In this document: piece by piece, positions 12,027 through 21,529 of the stretch
Layout: each line of letters opens with the position of its first letter
How positions within the stretch are numbered: the first letter of the stretch is position 1
Source: Sulfurifustaceae bacterium
GTDB taxonomy: Bacteria > Pseudomonadota > Gammaproteobacteria > Acidiferrobacterales > Sulfurifustaceae
NCBI GenBank assembly: GCA_041481225.1
Contig: JBGPBL010000003.1
Coordinates: 5,116 to 69,115 of the forward strand
Reading direction: 5' to 3'
DNA length: 64,000 bases
Program-made: the position numbers and the translations under genes
The notes under the pieces: generated by a model
The model's database searches: none
What the model was told of the DNA's origin: nothing
Seen by the model: only the letters and a program-made list of their open reading frames with translations

Positions 12027-13517
12027 TTACTTTTCAACAAACCATGGCGCCCGTGCGGTCATGATGAGCTGCTTGGCCCGTGCTTCGGTCATCCCTTCAA
12101 TCTCCAGCAGGTCGTCCACCGCCTGTTCCGCGAGCTCTTCCATGGTCTTGATGCCATGGGAAGCAAGCAGATGCGCCGTGTGCTCGTCCATGCCATCCAT
12201 CTCGAGAAGGTCTTGGGCCGGCTGAGCCTGGCTGATCTTCTCTTCCTGGGCGATGGCACGCGTCAGCAGCAGATCGCGCGCGCGATTACGCAATTCATCG
12301 ATCAGTTCTTCATCGAACTCCTCGATGGCCAGCAGTTCCTGCTTGGGCACATAGGCCACTTCTTCCAGGCTCGTGAAACCTTCCTGCACCAGAACCGTGG
12401 CCACGTTTTCATCGACATCCATCAGCTCCATAAAGAGTTTGATGGCATTGGCGGCCTCGCTGGTGCCCTTTTCCTGTGCCGATTCCTCGGTCATGATATT
12501 CAGCTCCCAGCCCGTCAACTCGGACGCCAAGCGCACGTTCTGGCCGCCACGGCCAATGGACTGTGAGAGCTGTTTCTCGTCCACAATGACATCCATGCTG
12601 TGGAGTTCTTCGTCCACCACGATGGAAAGCACCTCGGCCGGCGCGAGCGAGTTGATCACAAACTGCGCCGGGTTGTCGGACCACAGAATGATGTCCACGC
12701 GCTCGCCACCCAGTTCATTCGATACGCTCTGCACACGCGAGCCGCGCATGCCCACACAGGCCCCGATGGGATCGATACGCGGATCAGAGGAACTCACCGC
12801 GATCTTGGCCCGCAGACCGGGATCGCGTGCCGCTGCATGAATCTTGATCAAGCCTTCGCCGGCCTCGGGAACCTCGAGCTTGAAAAGCTCCACCAGCAGA
12901 TTGGGCGCCGTCCGCGAAAGAAACAGCTGCGGTCCGCGGGGTACGGATTTGACGTCTTCGAGGAACGCACGAATACGATCACCCGGACGCAGACCCTCGC
13001 GTGGGATCATCGCACTTTTTGACAGCAACGCCTCGGCGTTGCCCAGATCGACCACGGCGTCGCCGCGCTCCAGGCGCTTGACCACGCCCGTGACCATCTC
13101 GCCCTTACGATCCTTGTATTGGGTGACGATCTGATCGCGCTCGGCCTCACGCACCTTCTGCATGATGACCTGTTTCGCCGCCTGTGCGGCAATGCGGCCG
13201 AACTCAACGGGCTCCAGCGGCACCTCGATAAACTCGCCCACCTGGATGTCCGGCTTCTGCGCGCGCGCTTCGGTCAGTTTTATCTGACGGTCGGGAAATT
13301 CGACGAGCTCGGTTTCATCGGGAATGACCTCCCAGCGGCGGAAGGTATCGTAGGAGCCGATATTGCGGTGAATCAATACGCGTGCGTCAATGTCGCCCTT
13401 GTGACGCTTGCGCGTCGCCGTTGCCAAGGCCGCTTCCAAGGCCTGAAAAATGATCTCCTTGTCGACGCCTTTTTCACGCGAGACCGCATCGACAATCATC
13501 AATATCTCGTTACCCAT
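12027..13517 (-). CDS. nusA: transcription termination/antitermination factor NusA
   Basis: FGRIAAQAAKQVI, ARDPGLRAKIAV, GACVGMRGSRVQ, SIGRGGQNVRLA; C-terminal acidic repeats. Confidence 0.98.
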   Translation of the reverse strand: MGNEILMIVDAVSREKGVDKEIIFQALEAALATATRKRHKGDIDARVLIHRNIGSYDTFRRWEVIPDETELVEFPDRQIKLTEARAQKPDIQVGEFIEVPLEPVEFGRIAAQAAKQVIMQKVREAERDQIVTQYKDRKGEMVTGVVKRLERGDAVVDLGNAEALLSKSAMIPREGLRPGDRIRAFLEDVKSVPRGPQLFLSRTAPNLLVELFKLEVPEAGEGLIKIHAAARDPGLRAKIAVSSSDPRIDPIGACVGMRGSRVQSVSNELGGERVDIILWSDNPAQFVINSLAPAEVLSIVVDEELHSMDVIVDEKQLSQSIGRGGQNVRLASELTGWELNIMTEESAQEKGTSEAANAIKLFMELMDVDENVATVLVQEGFTSLEEVAYVPKQELLAIEEFDEELIDELRNRARDLLLTRAIAQEEKISQAQPAQDLLEMDGMDEHTAHLLASHGIKTMEELAEQAVDDLLEIEGMTEARAKQLIMTARAPWFVEK

Positions 13518-13542
13518 ATTATTCTCCCGTCACAACCGGCGC

Positions 13543-14013
13543 TCAGAATTTGGGGACCAATTTCGCCCGGTCCATGCCTTCAAACGCCAAATCAATATGC
13601 TCGTTATCCACTTCCACCACAACATGGTCTGATGTCACCTCAACCAACCGTCCGGTAAAATTTTTCCGGCCCATGATCGGCGCGTGCATACGGACTTTGA
13701 TCATCTCGCCGGCAAAGCGCTTGAAATCCGCCGGCGTCACCAGGGGGCGATCCAGACCGGGCGACGACACTTCCAGCATGTAGCTGCCCGGCAACGGGTC
13801 CTCGACATCCAGGATGGCGGAAAGCTGCCGACTGACCTTGGCACAGTCGTCGACATTCACTCCCTTCGGGCTATCGATATAGACCCGCAGGGTCGCATGG
13901 TGGCCGCTGCCAACCAGTTCGACATCCACCAGCTCAAACCCCAGTGCGCTGACCCCGGGTTCGAGCAATTTCCGCAAGTCCGCCCGTGCGCCACGCATAA
14001 CTTCTTGCCCCAT
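13543..14013 (-). CDS. rimP: ribosome maturation factor RimP
   Basis: LRVYID, DDCAKVSRQLS..LDVEDP, YMLEVSSPGLDRPL. Confidence 0.96.
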   Translation of the reverse strand: MGQEVMRGARADLRKLLEPGVSALGFELVDVELVGSGHHATLRVYIDSPKGVNVDDCAKVSRQLSAILDVEDPLPGSYMLEVSSPGLDRPLVTPADFKRFAGEMIKVRMHAPIMGRKNFTGRLVEVTSDHVVVEVDNEHIDLAFEGMDRAKLVPKF

Positions 14014-14041
14014 AAAACAAAAGTGGGCACGCGGCCCACTT
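14014..14041 (-). promoter_or_regulatory. rimP-leader-like hairpin immediately upstream of the rimP start
   Basis: Minus strand AAGTGGGC-CGCGT-GCCCACTT-TTGTTTT-ATG; position and form match the proteobacterial rimP leader hairpin as I recall it. Confidence 0.65.
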
Positions 14042-14145
14042 CTTATTTACTGCTTCTGGCTAATTCCGGGTCGGATTATAAGCACTTCCCCGATAATGGG
14101 AAAGTGCCCATGGCTTGCGCCGGCCTTTTTGACACCCGGGGAAAC

Positions 14146-14170
14146 AAAAAAAGGCCCCGCCGGGGCCTTT
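14146..14170 (-). terminator. intrinsic terminator after tRNA-fMet
   Basis: Minus strand AAAGGCCCC-GGC-GGGGCCTTT-TTTT, between the tRNA and rimP as in the E. coli metY operon. Confidence 0.8.
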
Positions 14171-14176
14171 GAGATT

Positions 14177-14253
<77 letters not shown>

Positions 14254-14370
14254 GCAGGACGGCGAAGTCTACCGTTGAGGACAGATTAATTCAAGGAAAA
14301 ATAGGAACTTAAGCGCTGATGATGATGTCTTCAGGCAGGCTAACGACCCGCAACCGCGTGGACCTGGCCC

Positions 14371-15093
14371 CTATGACGAGGCTTCCTGCAGTACCTCAAC
14401 ACAATAGACGTAGGCGACCCATCCGAGAATGCCACCCACCAGGCTTACCGCCAAATCGAGCCACAGGGGACCATCCGCCGGGAGAAACAGGGAAACCAGC
14501 AATGGCGCTAGCATCATCAGCGCCAGAAAGGCGGATTGCGGCAAGCGCGTCCATGCCATCTTGAGCGCCGCGCGCAGACTCGGCAGCAAACTGAATTCAC
14601 GGCGCACGAACACCCACGGCAGCCAATAAACAAAGATGAATGACAATACCCCTGACATCGGACCAAATACCGAGGTCAGCCACTGGGCCGTGGCTTTCAG
14701 ATCGTACCCCCCGACAAAAACGACGAAAAAAGTGACCACATTGATCACCACCATCAGCAGAAGACCGGCCTTGAGGGTCAGCCAAACAAAGGCGGAAAAA
14801 ACCGCCTTGCCGCCACGAAGAACCTCCTCGACCAACAGGGCACCCCGCCCCTGAGCCAGCGCATGAAAGGCCCCGGCCTGAAGATAAAAGAACAACATCA
14901 GCGCCAGCGCCGTCAGGAATATCGCGAGTGAAGCGAGAAGGGGAGACTCCCCTTCGGGTACCCGCCATTGCAGTGACAGGATCAGCGCCAGCTGTGCCGT
15001 AAGCACAAGCCATATGCCCCGGCTCAGCGCCGTACGGACGATGGCGTGCAGCCGCCGTGCGCCCTCGGTTAGGTGATGGGGGCTATCCGACAT
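14371..15093 (-). CDS. hypothetical multi-pass membrane protein (about 6 TM segments)
   Basis: 240 aa with several long hydrophobic stretches; no recognised motif. Confidence 0.7.
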   Translation of the reverse strand: MSDSPHHLTEGARRLHAIVRTALSRGIWLVLTAQLALILSLQWRVPEGESPLLASLAIFLTALALMLFFYLQAGAFHALAQGRGALLVEEVLRGGKAVFSAFVWLTLKAGLLLMVVINVVTFFVVFVGGYDLKATAQWLTSVFGPMSGVLSFIFVYWLPWVFVRREFSLLPSLRAALKMAWTRLPQSAFLALMMLAPLLVSLFLPADGPLWLDLAVSLVGGILGWVAYVYCVEVLQEASS

Positions 15094-15103
15094 TCAGGGG
15101 TTC

Positions 15104-15124
15104 AACGCAGGAAACACAGGAAAT
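15104..15124. repeat. isolated 9-nt periodic repeat arm
   Basis: AA-CGCAGGAAA-CACAGGAAA-T in the 43-nt spacer between the cupin gene and the membrane protein gene. Confidence 0.4.
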
Positions 15125-15136
15125 CTCGGCGTACGC

Positions 15137-15412
15137 TCACTCGAAATTATAATGTTTCTGGATCGGACTCAGGATTTCCCACGTGCAGGACAGGCCAGCC
15201 GGGAACATGACCAGGTCGCTCTCCACAATCCGCACGGGTGCGCCATTATCGGGCGTCACAATCGCCTCGCCTTCCAGGATGTAGCAGGTTTCCTTTTGAT
15301 CGTACTTCCAGGGAAATCTCGATACTTCCTTGGTCCAGACCGGCCAGTCGTAGACTCCAATGACATCGAGTTTTTTTGGTGAAGGATTATGTTCGATATG
15401 AATTTCATTCAT
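15137..15412 (-). CDS. cupin domain protein (DUF861/cupin_3-like)
   Basis: WPVWTKEVSRFPWKYDQKETCYILEGEAIV, DLVMFPAGLSCTWEI..PIQKHY. Confidence 0.88.
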   Translation of the reverse strand: MNEIHIEHNPSPKKLDVIGVYDWPVWTKEVSRFPWKYDQKETCYILEGEAIVTPDNGAPVRIVESDLVMFPAGLSCTWEILSPIQKHYNFE

Positions 15413-15498
15413 GGCCTGACCTCACGAGAGCGTCCGCCATTCTACGTTGCCGGACGATGGCATGGCAATGCGCCGGACACACAAAGACCGTCTCTCCT

Positions 15499-16752
15499 TC
15501 ACGACGCGCTCAGAAAAATCCAATAGACCAGCACATTCACCACGGTCAATGGAATGCCAACGCGGGCAAAGTCGAGGAAGCTTAGCGTCTGGCCGGATTT
15601 ATTTTCCGCATTCTGGATAATGATCACATTGCTCGCGGCACCGAGAATAAAAAGATTTCCGGCCAGTGTGCTGCCGGCCGCCAGGGCCATCAGCTCCTTG
15701 CCGGAGGCTCCGGCATGCATCAGCAGCGGCAAGTACAACGCCACCAGCGGGACATTGGAAATCAGCTGGCTCAGAAACACGCTGACAACAAGGATGGCCG
15801 TGACCGATACGGCGCCCCACGAACTATGCGCCATCAGCGATTGAAATAAACCGGTGGCCCAGACGCTCTCCATCAGCACAAACATCGCGCCAAAGAAAAT
15901 CAGTGTGTGCCAATCGATGCGCCGGACGATATGCCAGCGTTTCGGACTGAACAACAGCACTGGCGCTGCCGCCAACAGCGCTATATAGGTCAAGGGGAAA
16001 TCGACATTTACTTCCAGAAATACCAGCACGATTTTTGCGGCCACCAGAAAAATGAGCGTCATTAAAGATAGCCTGGCTAGCCGCGCCAGCTTCTTGTCTT
16101 TCAGGGCGACACGGGTATGCACCAATGACTCACCATGGAAACTCTCGCGATAGAAAAACCGGAGAATAAGATAGGCGGCAAGCAGATTGATCAGGGTCGG
16201 GAGCGCGAGATAGCGGAAAAATTCCACAAACGGATTCTCCATCCGCCCGTGGATGGCAATAAGGAGGTTCTGGGGATTGCCGATGGGGCTGGCCACGCTC
16301 CCGAGCGTGACAGCGAATGCCAGCGCCAGCAGCAACACCTTGGGTGACATCCGATGCTGCTTCGCCAGCAACAACACCAGCGGCGTCCCGATGATCGCGA
16401 GTGTGTCGTTCATCAGCAACGCCGAGGCCATTCCCGCACCGAACAATATCAGGAGTATCAGCGCATCTGCCGACCCGGCCCGATTAAAAAGCCGGTACGA
16501 CAGGTGAAACAGGTAACCGCTTTCTTCGAGCGCCTGCCCGACCACGAATGCCCCAAACAGGAACAGCATGACATCCGGGTTGATGGCACGAAGCGCCAGC
16601 GAGGGGGATATCTGGCCGGTCGCCAGCACGATCAGCGCCCCGAACAGCATGGCCTGCCAGATCGGAAGCCTGAAATTCTTCACACCCCTGAAGGCAATAA
16701 GCAGGAAAACGGTGACGAGAACAAGGATCGGAATATTCATCATGCGGGCCAT
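15499..16752 (-). CDS. ArsB/NhaD (IT superfamily) anion transporter
   Basis: Highly hydrophobic; SALLMNDT, GSVASPIGNPQNLLI, SQLISNVP, GSTLAGNLFILGAASNVII. Substrate cannot be determined from sequence. Confidence 0.85.
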   Translation of the reverse strand: MARMMNIPILVLVTVFLLIAFRGVKNFRLPIWQAMLFGALIVLATGQISPSLALRAINPDVMLFLFGAFVVGQALEESGYLFHLSYRLFNRAGSADALILLILFGAGMASALLMNDTLAIIGTPLVLLLAKQHRMSPKVLLLALAFAVTLGSVASPIGNPQNLLIAIHGRMENPFVEFFRYLALPTLINLLAAYLILRFFYRESFHGESLVHTRVALKDKKLARLARLSLMTLIFLVAAKIVLVFLEVNVDFPLTYIALLAAAPVLLFSPKRWHIVRRIDWHTLIFFGAMFVLMESVWATGLFQSLMAHSSWGAVSVTAILVVSVFLSQLISNVPLVALYLPLLMHAGASGKELMALAAGSTLAGNLFILGAASNVIIIQNAENKSGQTLSFLDFARVGIPLTVVNVLVYWIFLSAS

Positions 16753-16963
16753 CCTTGGACAGGAATAGTATCCGGTGCTAAACCTCTACCATAAATCGGC
16801 TTTTTGCCTGGCCTACCAGCCAGCCGCGGCAGGACACCGCCGCTAGTCAGGAAAACCTGGGCTTTCGTCACATGCCGCTTTCGCCGCCCTGTGGTTTTTG
16901 GCCAGAATGCTATGGTAACTTTAGTCGTGCGAAATGGACGTTTCAGACAAAGGAAAGGGACAC

Positions 16964-17200
16964 ATGAACAAGATTTGGATCTCCGCGGCCATCGCTGCCG
17001 CCCTGCTCGTTCTCTCCGGCTATGCGCCGGCGCAGGACAATCTGAACAACTCATCCAACAATGAGCCTGCCCAGAATGTCCCGATGCCGAAAAAACCTTT
17101 TGAAAAAGTAGTCTATCAGCCCATCACCACTGCCGTGCAAGAACCGAAGAAACCCGCTGATACATTACTCAGTGACCTGAAAATTTATCCCTCATTCTAG
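16964..17200 (+). CDS. small hypothetical secreted protein (78 aa)
   Basis: SD-like AAAGGGA then ATG 16964; signal peptide MNKIWISAAIAAALLVLSGYAPA-Q; followed by a terminator. Confidence 0.65.
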   Translation: MNKIWISAAIAAALLVLSGYAPAQDNLNNSSNNEPAQNVPMPKKPFEKVVYQPITTAVQEPKKPADTLLSDLKIYPSF

Positions 17201-17216
17201 TCAGGGTCCTGAAAGT

Positions 17217-17243
17217 AAAAAAGCCCCGACAGGGGCTTTTTTT
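17217..17243. terminator. bidirectional intrinsic terminator
   Basis: AAAAAA-GCCCC-GACA-GGGGC-TTTTTTT between the small ORF (+) and zwf (-). Confidence 0.85.
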
Positions 17244-17290
17244 ACGCACCTTTAATTGGCAGTGGCTCCATTTCAGTCCGTGGCGGAAAA

Positions 17291-18796
17291 TCAATATGCC
17301 TGCAAATCGGCGCCGTCGACGTCCAGCGAATGGCGCCAGAATTGGTCATCACGGTCGAATAAGCGGTAGGTGCCGCGCGGCCCCCAGGTGCCCGCCGGAT
17401 AGGGATTGATAAAATCACGTTCCATGGACCACACTTTGAGCACCGGATCCACCACACGCCAGGCCCACTCTACTTCGTCGTAGCGCAGAAACAACGAATG
17501 GTCGCCCTGCATCACATCGAGCAGCAAGCCTTCGTACGCATCGATGTCTTCGTCCCCGCCCTTGCGGTATGTCGCATCCAGGCTGATGGTGCGCGTGTGC
17601 AAATCAAGGCCGGGCACTTTGACCTGCATTTCCATTTTCAGACAGTCGTCGGGCTGGATGCCCAGCAATATCCAGTTGGGGCGTGCCGGTTCGCGGCGCG
17701 TATGGCGCAGCAAATCCTGTGGCGGGTTCTTGAAGCGAATGCTGATCGCCGAGCTGTTCTCCGCCATGCGTTTGCCGGTACGCAGATAAAACGGCACACC
17801 GGCCCAGCGCCAGTTGTCGATGAATAATTTCAACGCCGCATAGGTTTCGGTGACGCTATCGGACGCCACCCCTGCTTCCTCCATATAGCCGGGCACCGGC
17901 TTGCCATCGATGCTGCCGCTGGCGTATTGGCCACGGAAGGCATGCGCATGCACCGCGTTTTGTGTAATCGGGCGGATCGCCTTGAGCACTTTCACTTTCT
18001 CGTCACGCAGGTGCTCCGCCCCCATGGACAGTGGCGGTTCCATCGCCACCAGCGTCAGCAATTGCAGCAGATGGCTTTGGATCATGTCGCGCAGCGAACC
18101 CGAGTTATCGTAATAATCCGCACGCCCTTCTATACCCAAGGTTTCGGAATGGGTGATTTGCACGTGATCGACGTAATGGCGGTTCCACAACGGCTCGAGC
18201 AGTAAATTGGCGAAGCGGAACACCATAATATTCTGCACCGTGCCCTTGCCAAGATAATGGTCGATACGATAAATCTGCGGTTCGTCCAGGTGCCGGTACA
18301 GGCCCTGCTGCAACGTCTGCGCGCTCAGCAAATCGTGGCCGAACGGTTTTTCGATCACCACGCGGCGCCATCCGTGTTTTTGTTTAAGCAGGTCCACTTC
18401 GCCCAGTTTCTCGACGATGGCGGGAAATTCAGAGGGGCGCACCGCCATGTAGAACACCGCATTGGCGGAAAACCCAGGCGTCTCTTCCAGGGTTTTTTGC
18501 AAGCGCCGGTAGGCCTCGGTATCGCCGGGCGGGTTGGGATGATAATGGAGGCGCGCGCGGAAACGCTCGAATGCCAGCTCGTCCAGCCCGTGCGGATATT
18601 TGGCCAGCAACATATTGGACACTTCGGTGATCCACTGTTCGCGTCCCCACGGCTCTAGGCTGGATGCGAGAATCACCATTTTTTCGGGAAGCCGCCGCCC
18701 CACCTCCAGGCGAAACAGTGCCGGGATCAGTTTGCGCCGCGACAAGTTTCCGCCCGCGCCGAAGATCACCAAGGTGCACGGGTCCAGGGTTTTCAT
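17291..18796 (-). CDS. zwf: glucose-6-phosphate 1-dehydrogenase
   Basis: [63 protein letters not shown]. Confidence 0.96.
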   Translation of the reverse strand: MKTLDPCTLVIFGAGGNLSRRKLIPALFRLEVGRRLPEKMVILASSLEPWGREQWITEVSNMLLAKYPHGLDELAFERFRARLHYHPNPPGDTEAYRRLQKTLEETPGFSANAVFYMAVRPSEFPAIVEKLGEVDLLKQKHGWRRVVIEKPFGHDLLSAQTLQQGLYRHLDEPQIYRIDHYLGKGTVQNIMVFRFANLLLEPLWNRHYVDHVQITHSETLGIEGRADYYDNSGSLRDMIQSHLLQLLTLVAMEPPLSMGAEHLRDEKVKVLKAIRPITQNAVHAHAFRGQYASGSIDGKPVPGYMEEAGVASDSVTETYAALKLFIDNWRWAGVPFYLRTGKRMAENSSAISIRFKNPPQDLLRHTRREPARPNWILLGIQPDDCLKMEMQVKVPGLDLHTRTISLDATYRKGGDEDIDAYEGLLLDVMQGDHSLFLRYDEVEWAWRVVDPVLKVWSMERDFINPYPAGTWGPRGTYRLFDRDDQFWRHSLDVDGADLQAY

Positions 18797-19713
18797 TTTT
18801 TCACCCCTGTCTGTTTCACCGCGTGGCCGCCGAAGGCGTTGCGCATCATGGAAAGCAGCCGGTAGCTGTAACCCTTCTCGTCCTGACTGGCGAAGCGCAT
18901 TTGCAATGCCAGGGTGAGCACCGGCGCGGCCACTCCCTGTTCCACCGCTTCCATCACCGTCCAGCGGCCCTCGCCCGAATCGGCCACGTAGGGAGCGACC
19001 GCCTCGAGGGTTTGGTCACTTTGTAACGATTGCGCGGTCAAATCCAGCAGCCAGCTGCGCACCACCGAGCTATGGCGCCACAACTCGGTGATCTGCGCCA
19101 GATCGGGTGCGAATTCTTTCTTGCCATGCAGCAACTCTAGCCCCTCGGCGAGCGCTTGCATCATGCCGTATTCAATGCCGTTGTGGATCATCTTGGTGAA
19201 ATGCCCTGCACCGATTGGCCCGACATGCGCCCAGCCGCGGTCAGGCGCGGGCGCCAACGCTTTCAGAATGGGCTCCATCGTTTTTGCCACGTCGGGGCTA
19301 GCCCCCACCATCAGGCAATAACCATTTTCCAGCCCCCAGACGCCGCCGGATGTGCCGGCATCCATGAAGCCGATGCCGCGTTCTTGCAACCACGCACCGC
19401 GGCGTTGGCTGTCGTGATAATTGGAATTGCCGCCATCGACCACGATGTCGCCCCTGGCCAACAGCAGTGCGAGTTCATGAATTTGTTTCTCGGTGGGATC
19501 GCCGCTCGGCAGCATCAGCCAAACCACGCGCGGAGCAGAGAGCTTCGCCACCGCGTCGGCCACCGAGGAGGCCGCGATCATGTCTGCCTCGGCCACGAGC
19601 TTGGCCACGACATCCTGTGTGCGATCGTAGCCGACGACTTCGATACCCGCGCGGCGCAGCCGCCGCGCCATGTTGCCGCCCATCTTGCCCAAGCCCACCA
19701 TTGCCAGCCGCAT
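18793..19713 (-). CDS. gnd: 6-phosphogluconate dehydrogenase, decarboxylating, short (YqeC/GntZ-like) type
   Basis: [44 protein letters not shown]. Start moved to ATG 19713 (MRLAMVG, AAGAGG upstream); 306 aa. Confidence 0.93.
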   Translation of the reverse strand: MRLAMVGLGKMGGNMARRLRRAGIEVVGYDRTQDVVAKLVAEADMIAASSVADAVAKLSAPRVVWLMLPSGDPTEKQIHELALLLARGDIVVDGGNSNYHDSQRRGAWLQERGIGFMDAGTSGGVWGLENGYCLMVGASPDVAKTMEPILKALAPAPDRGWAHVGPIGAGHFTKMIHNGIEYGMMQALAEGLELLHGKKEFAPDLAQITELWRHSSVVRSWLLDLTAQSLQSDQTLEAVAPYVADSGEGRWTVMEAVEQGVAAPVLTLALQMRFASQDEKGYSYRLLSMMRNAFGGHAVKQTGVKK

Positions 19714-19838
19714 AATGTTCCTCTTTTTGACTATTGATCTGATTCCATTCTGTTGCGCGAGCCAGTTCATGCCATAGGCAAAATCGCGTACAGTGCGTAA
19801 TAAGCTGTTGGATACCTTATTAACTATCGGACAGATTC

Positions 19839-20552
19839 ATGGTTTCTTCAATGAAAAAGGACGCACTTCGACAATGCCGCTGGCATGACTATGCCGCGAT
19901 TACCGAGCTGGAACAGGCGGCGGCACACGAAATCCTGCGTCAGGCACAAGAGGCGGTGCGCCACCGCGGTGTCTTCCGCCTCGTGCTGGCAGGCGGCGCC
20001 ACCCCGCGCGGAGTCTATGGTTTATTACGCGAGGCCCAGGCCGATTGGGGTGCCTGGCATATTTATTTCGGCGACGAGCGCTGCCTGCCGCCCGAACATC
20101 CCGAACGCAACAGCCGCATGGCGGCGGAGACATGGCTGAACCACGTGGCGATTCCGCGCCACCAGATTCATGCGATCCCGGCGGAACGGGGGGCAGAGCC
20201 GGCCGCCGCCGCGTACGCCCAAACCCTCTCCGCCGTCGGCGAATTCGATCTGGTCCTGCTCGGCTTGGGCGATGACGGCCACACCGCGAGCCTCTTTCCC
20301 GGCCACACGTGGGGGGAGAAATCCGGCGCGCCCGTGACCATCGCCGTGCACAATGCCCCCAAGCCACCGGCGGACCGTGTTTCACTCAGCGCCGCACGTT
20401 TGAGCGCATCGCGCGCGGTGATTTTTCTGGTCAGCGGGGAAGCGAAGCGTCAGGCCGTGGCGGATTGGCGCTCCGGCAGGCGCATTCCGGCAAGCGTCAT
20501 CACAGCCGTGGCAGGAGTAGATATTTTTCTGGGGTCAGCACTGCTCAACTGA
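19839..20552 (+). CDS. pgl: 6-phosphogluconolactonase
   Basis: LAGGATP, YFGDERC, SNSR-like RNSRMA, GDDGHTASLFPG, PKPPADRVSLS. Confidence 0.93.
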   Translation: MVSSMKKDALRQCRWHDYAAITELEQAAAHEILRQAQEAVRHRGVFRLVLAGGATPRGVYGLLREAQADWGAWHIYFGDERCLPPEHPERNSRMAAETWLNHVAIPRHQIHAIPAERGAEPAAAAYAQTLSAVGEFDLVLLGLGDDGHTASLFPGHTWGEKSGAPVTIAVHNAPKPPADRVSLSAARLSASRAVIFLVSGEAKRQAVADWRSGRRIPASVITAVAGVDIFLGSALLN

Positions 20553-20611
20553 ACGGCATCGCGGTTCCACAGCGTATGAAACAAAAAATGGCAACCACGA
20601 CGACCTGTCCG

Positions 20612-21451
20612 TCAAAGCGAGCCGATGATGCTGACCATGATCCCTCGGTTATTCGTGATGCTGTCAGGTTCAAAGGCGGATACCGTATTTCCGTTCAGGA
20701 TTACCTCTCTGCCTGGGCTGCGCCCCAATTCCCAGCGCTCATAATACGGCTCGATGTTTAGTCGCAGTTTTTTTTGCAACGGATTACTCCAGGGGAACGC
20801 GATGCGCACACCGTTCCGCTCAGCAAGCGGGAATTGCACGGAATTAAATTCCATACTGGGGCTGAGCGTGCGCTGTATTCGCAGATCGACTTTCCATGTG
20901 TGACGATCGCTTTGATCCAGCACATGGTCCAACCCTAAAGCGGCATAATCCCAACGATAGGTTTCGCTCAAACCGGATACAGCCCCGGTGGAACGTATTT
21001 CGCGGCGCCAGTAATGATGTCCCACACCGCCATAGAGGGAGTAACTGGGCCTGCCCTCGACACGAAACTGGCGCCCGACCTGCAGGAACACATCGAGGAT
21101 AATGGCGTCGCTCCGAGTAACGACAGCTAGGCCTGTTTGGGTGTGTCCATCGTACAGGACATCGCCGGTGTGATAATTCAGTTTTCCCGTGACGAACCAG
21201 TCGTTTTCCATCCGGGTTGCCTCTACCGCGAACCCCGGAAGCAAACCGTTTTCATAGTCCAGAAGCCCGCCACCAACATCGTATTCCGCGTAGTGAAAGT
21301 TCAGGAACGAAACACCCACCGAGGCTGACATTTCAGCTTTCGGAGACACGTCCGCAGACAGTGTGAAGGATGGCCACAAAAAGATCAGCCACGTCAGACA
21401 GAAAATCGGTAAAAAATGCAGATGGCGGTTGTGAGAAATCGTATCAGACAC
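20612..21451 (-). CDS. hypothetical exported protein, probable outer-membrane beta-barrel
   Basis: Signal-like N-terminus followed by aromatic/Gly-rich alternating segments; no family recognised. Confidence 0.6.
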   Translation of the reverse strand: MSDTISHNRHLHFLPIFCLTWLIFLWPSFTLSADVSPKAEMSASVGVSFLNFHYAEYDVGGGLLDYENGLLPGFAVEATRMENDWFVTGKLNYHTGDVLYDGHTQTGLAVVTRSDAIILDVFLQVGRQFRVEGRPSYSLYGGVGHHYWRREIRSTGAVSGLSETYRWDYAALGLDHVLDQSDRHTWKVDLRIQRTLSPSMEFNSVQFPLAERNGVRIAFPWSNPLQKKLRLNIEPYYERWELGRSPGREVILNGNTVSAFEPDSITNNRGIMVSIIGSL

Positions 21452-21480
21452 GCAGAGATGGAACTATGTTTGATGCATTC

Positions 21481-21503
21481 AAAAAAATCCCCTCGAAAGG
21501 GGA
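21481..21503 (-). terminator. intrinsic terminator of the nuo operon
   Basis: Minus strand TCCCCT-TTCG-AGGGGA-TTTTTTT, starting about 27 nt after the nuoN stop. Confidence 0.82.
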
Positions 21504-21529
21504 ATCCAGTTTTCGGGTATTCCCGTCAC

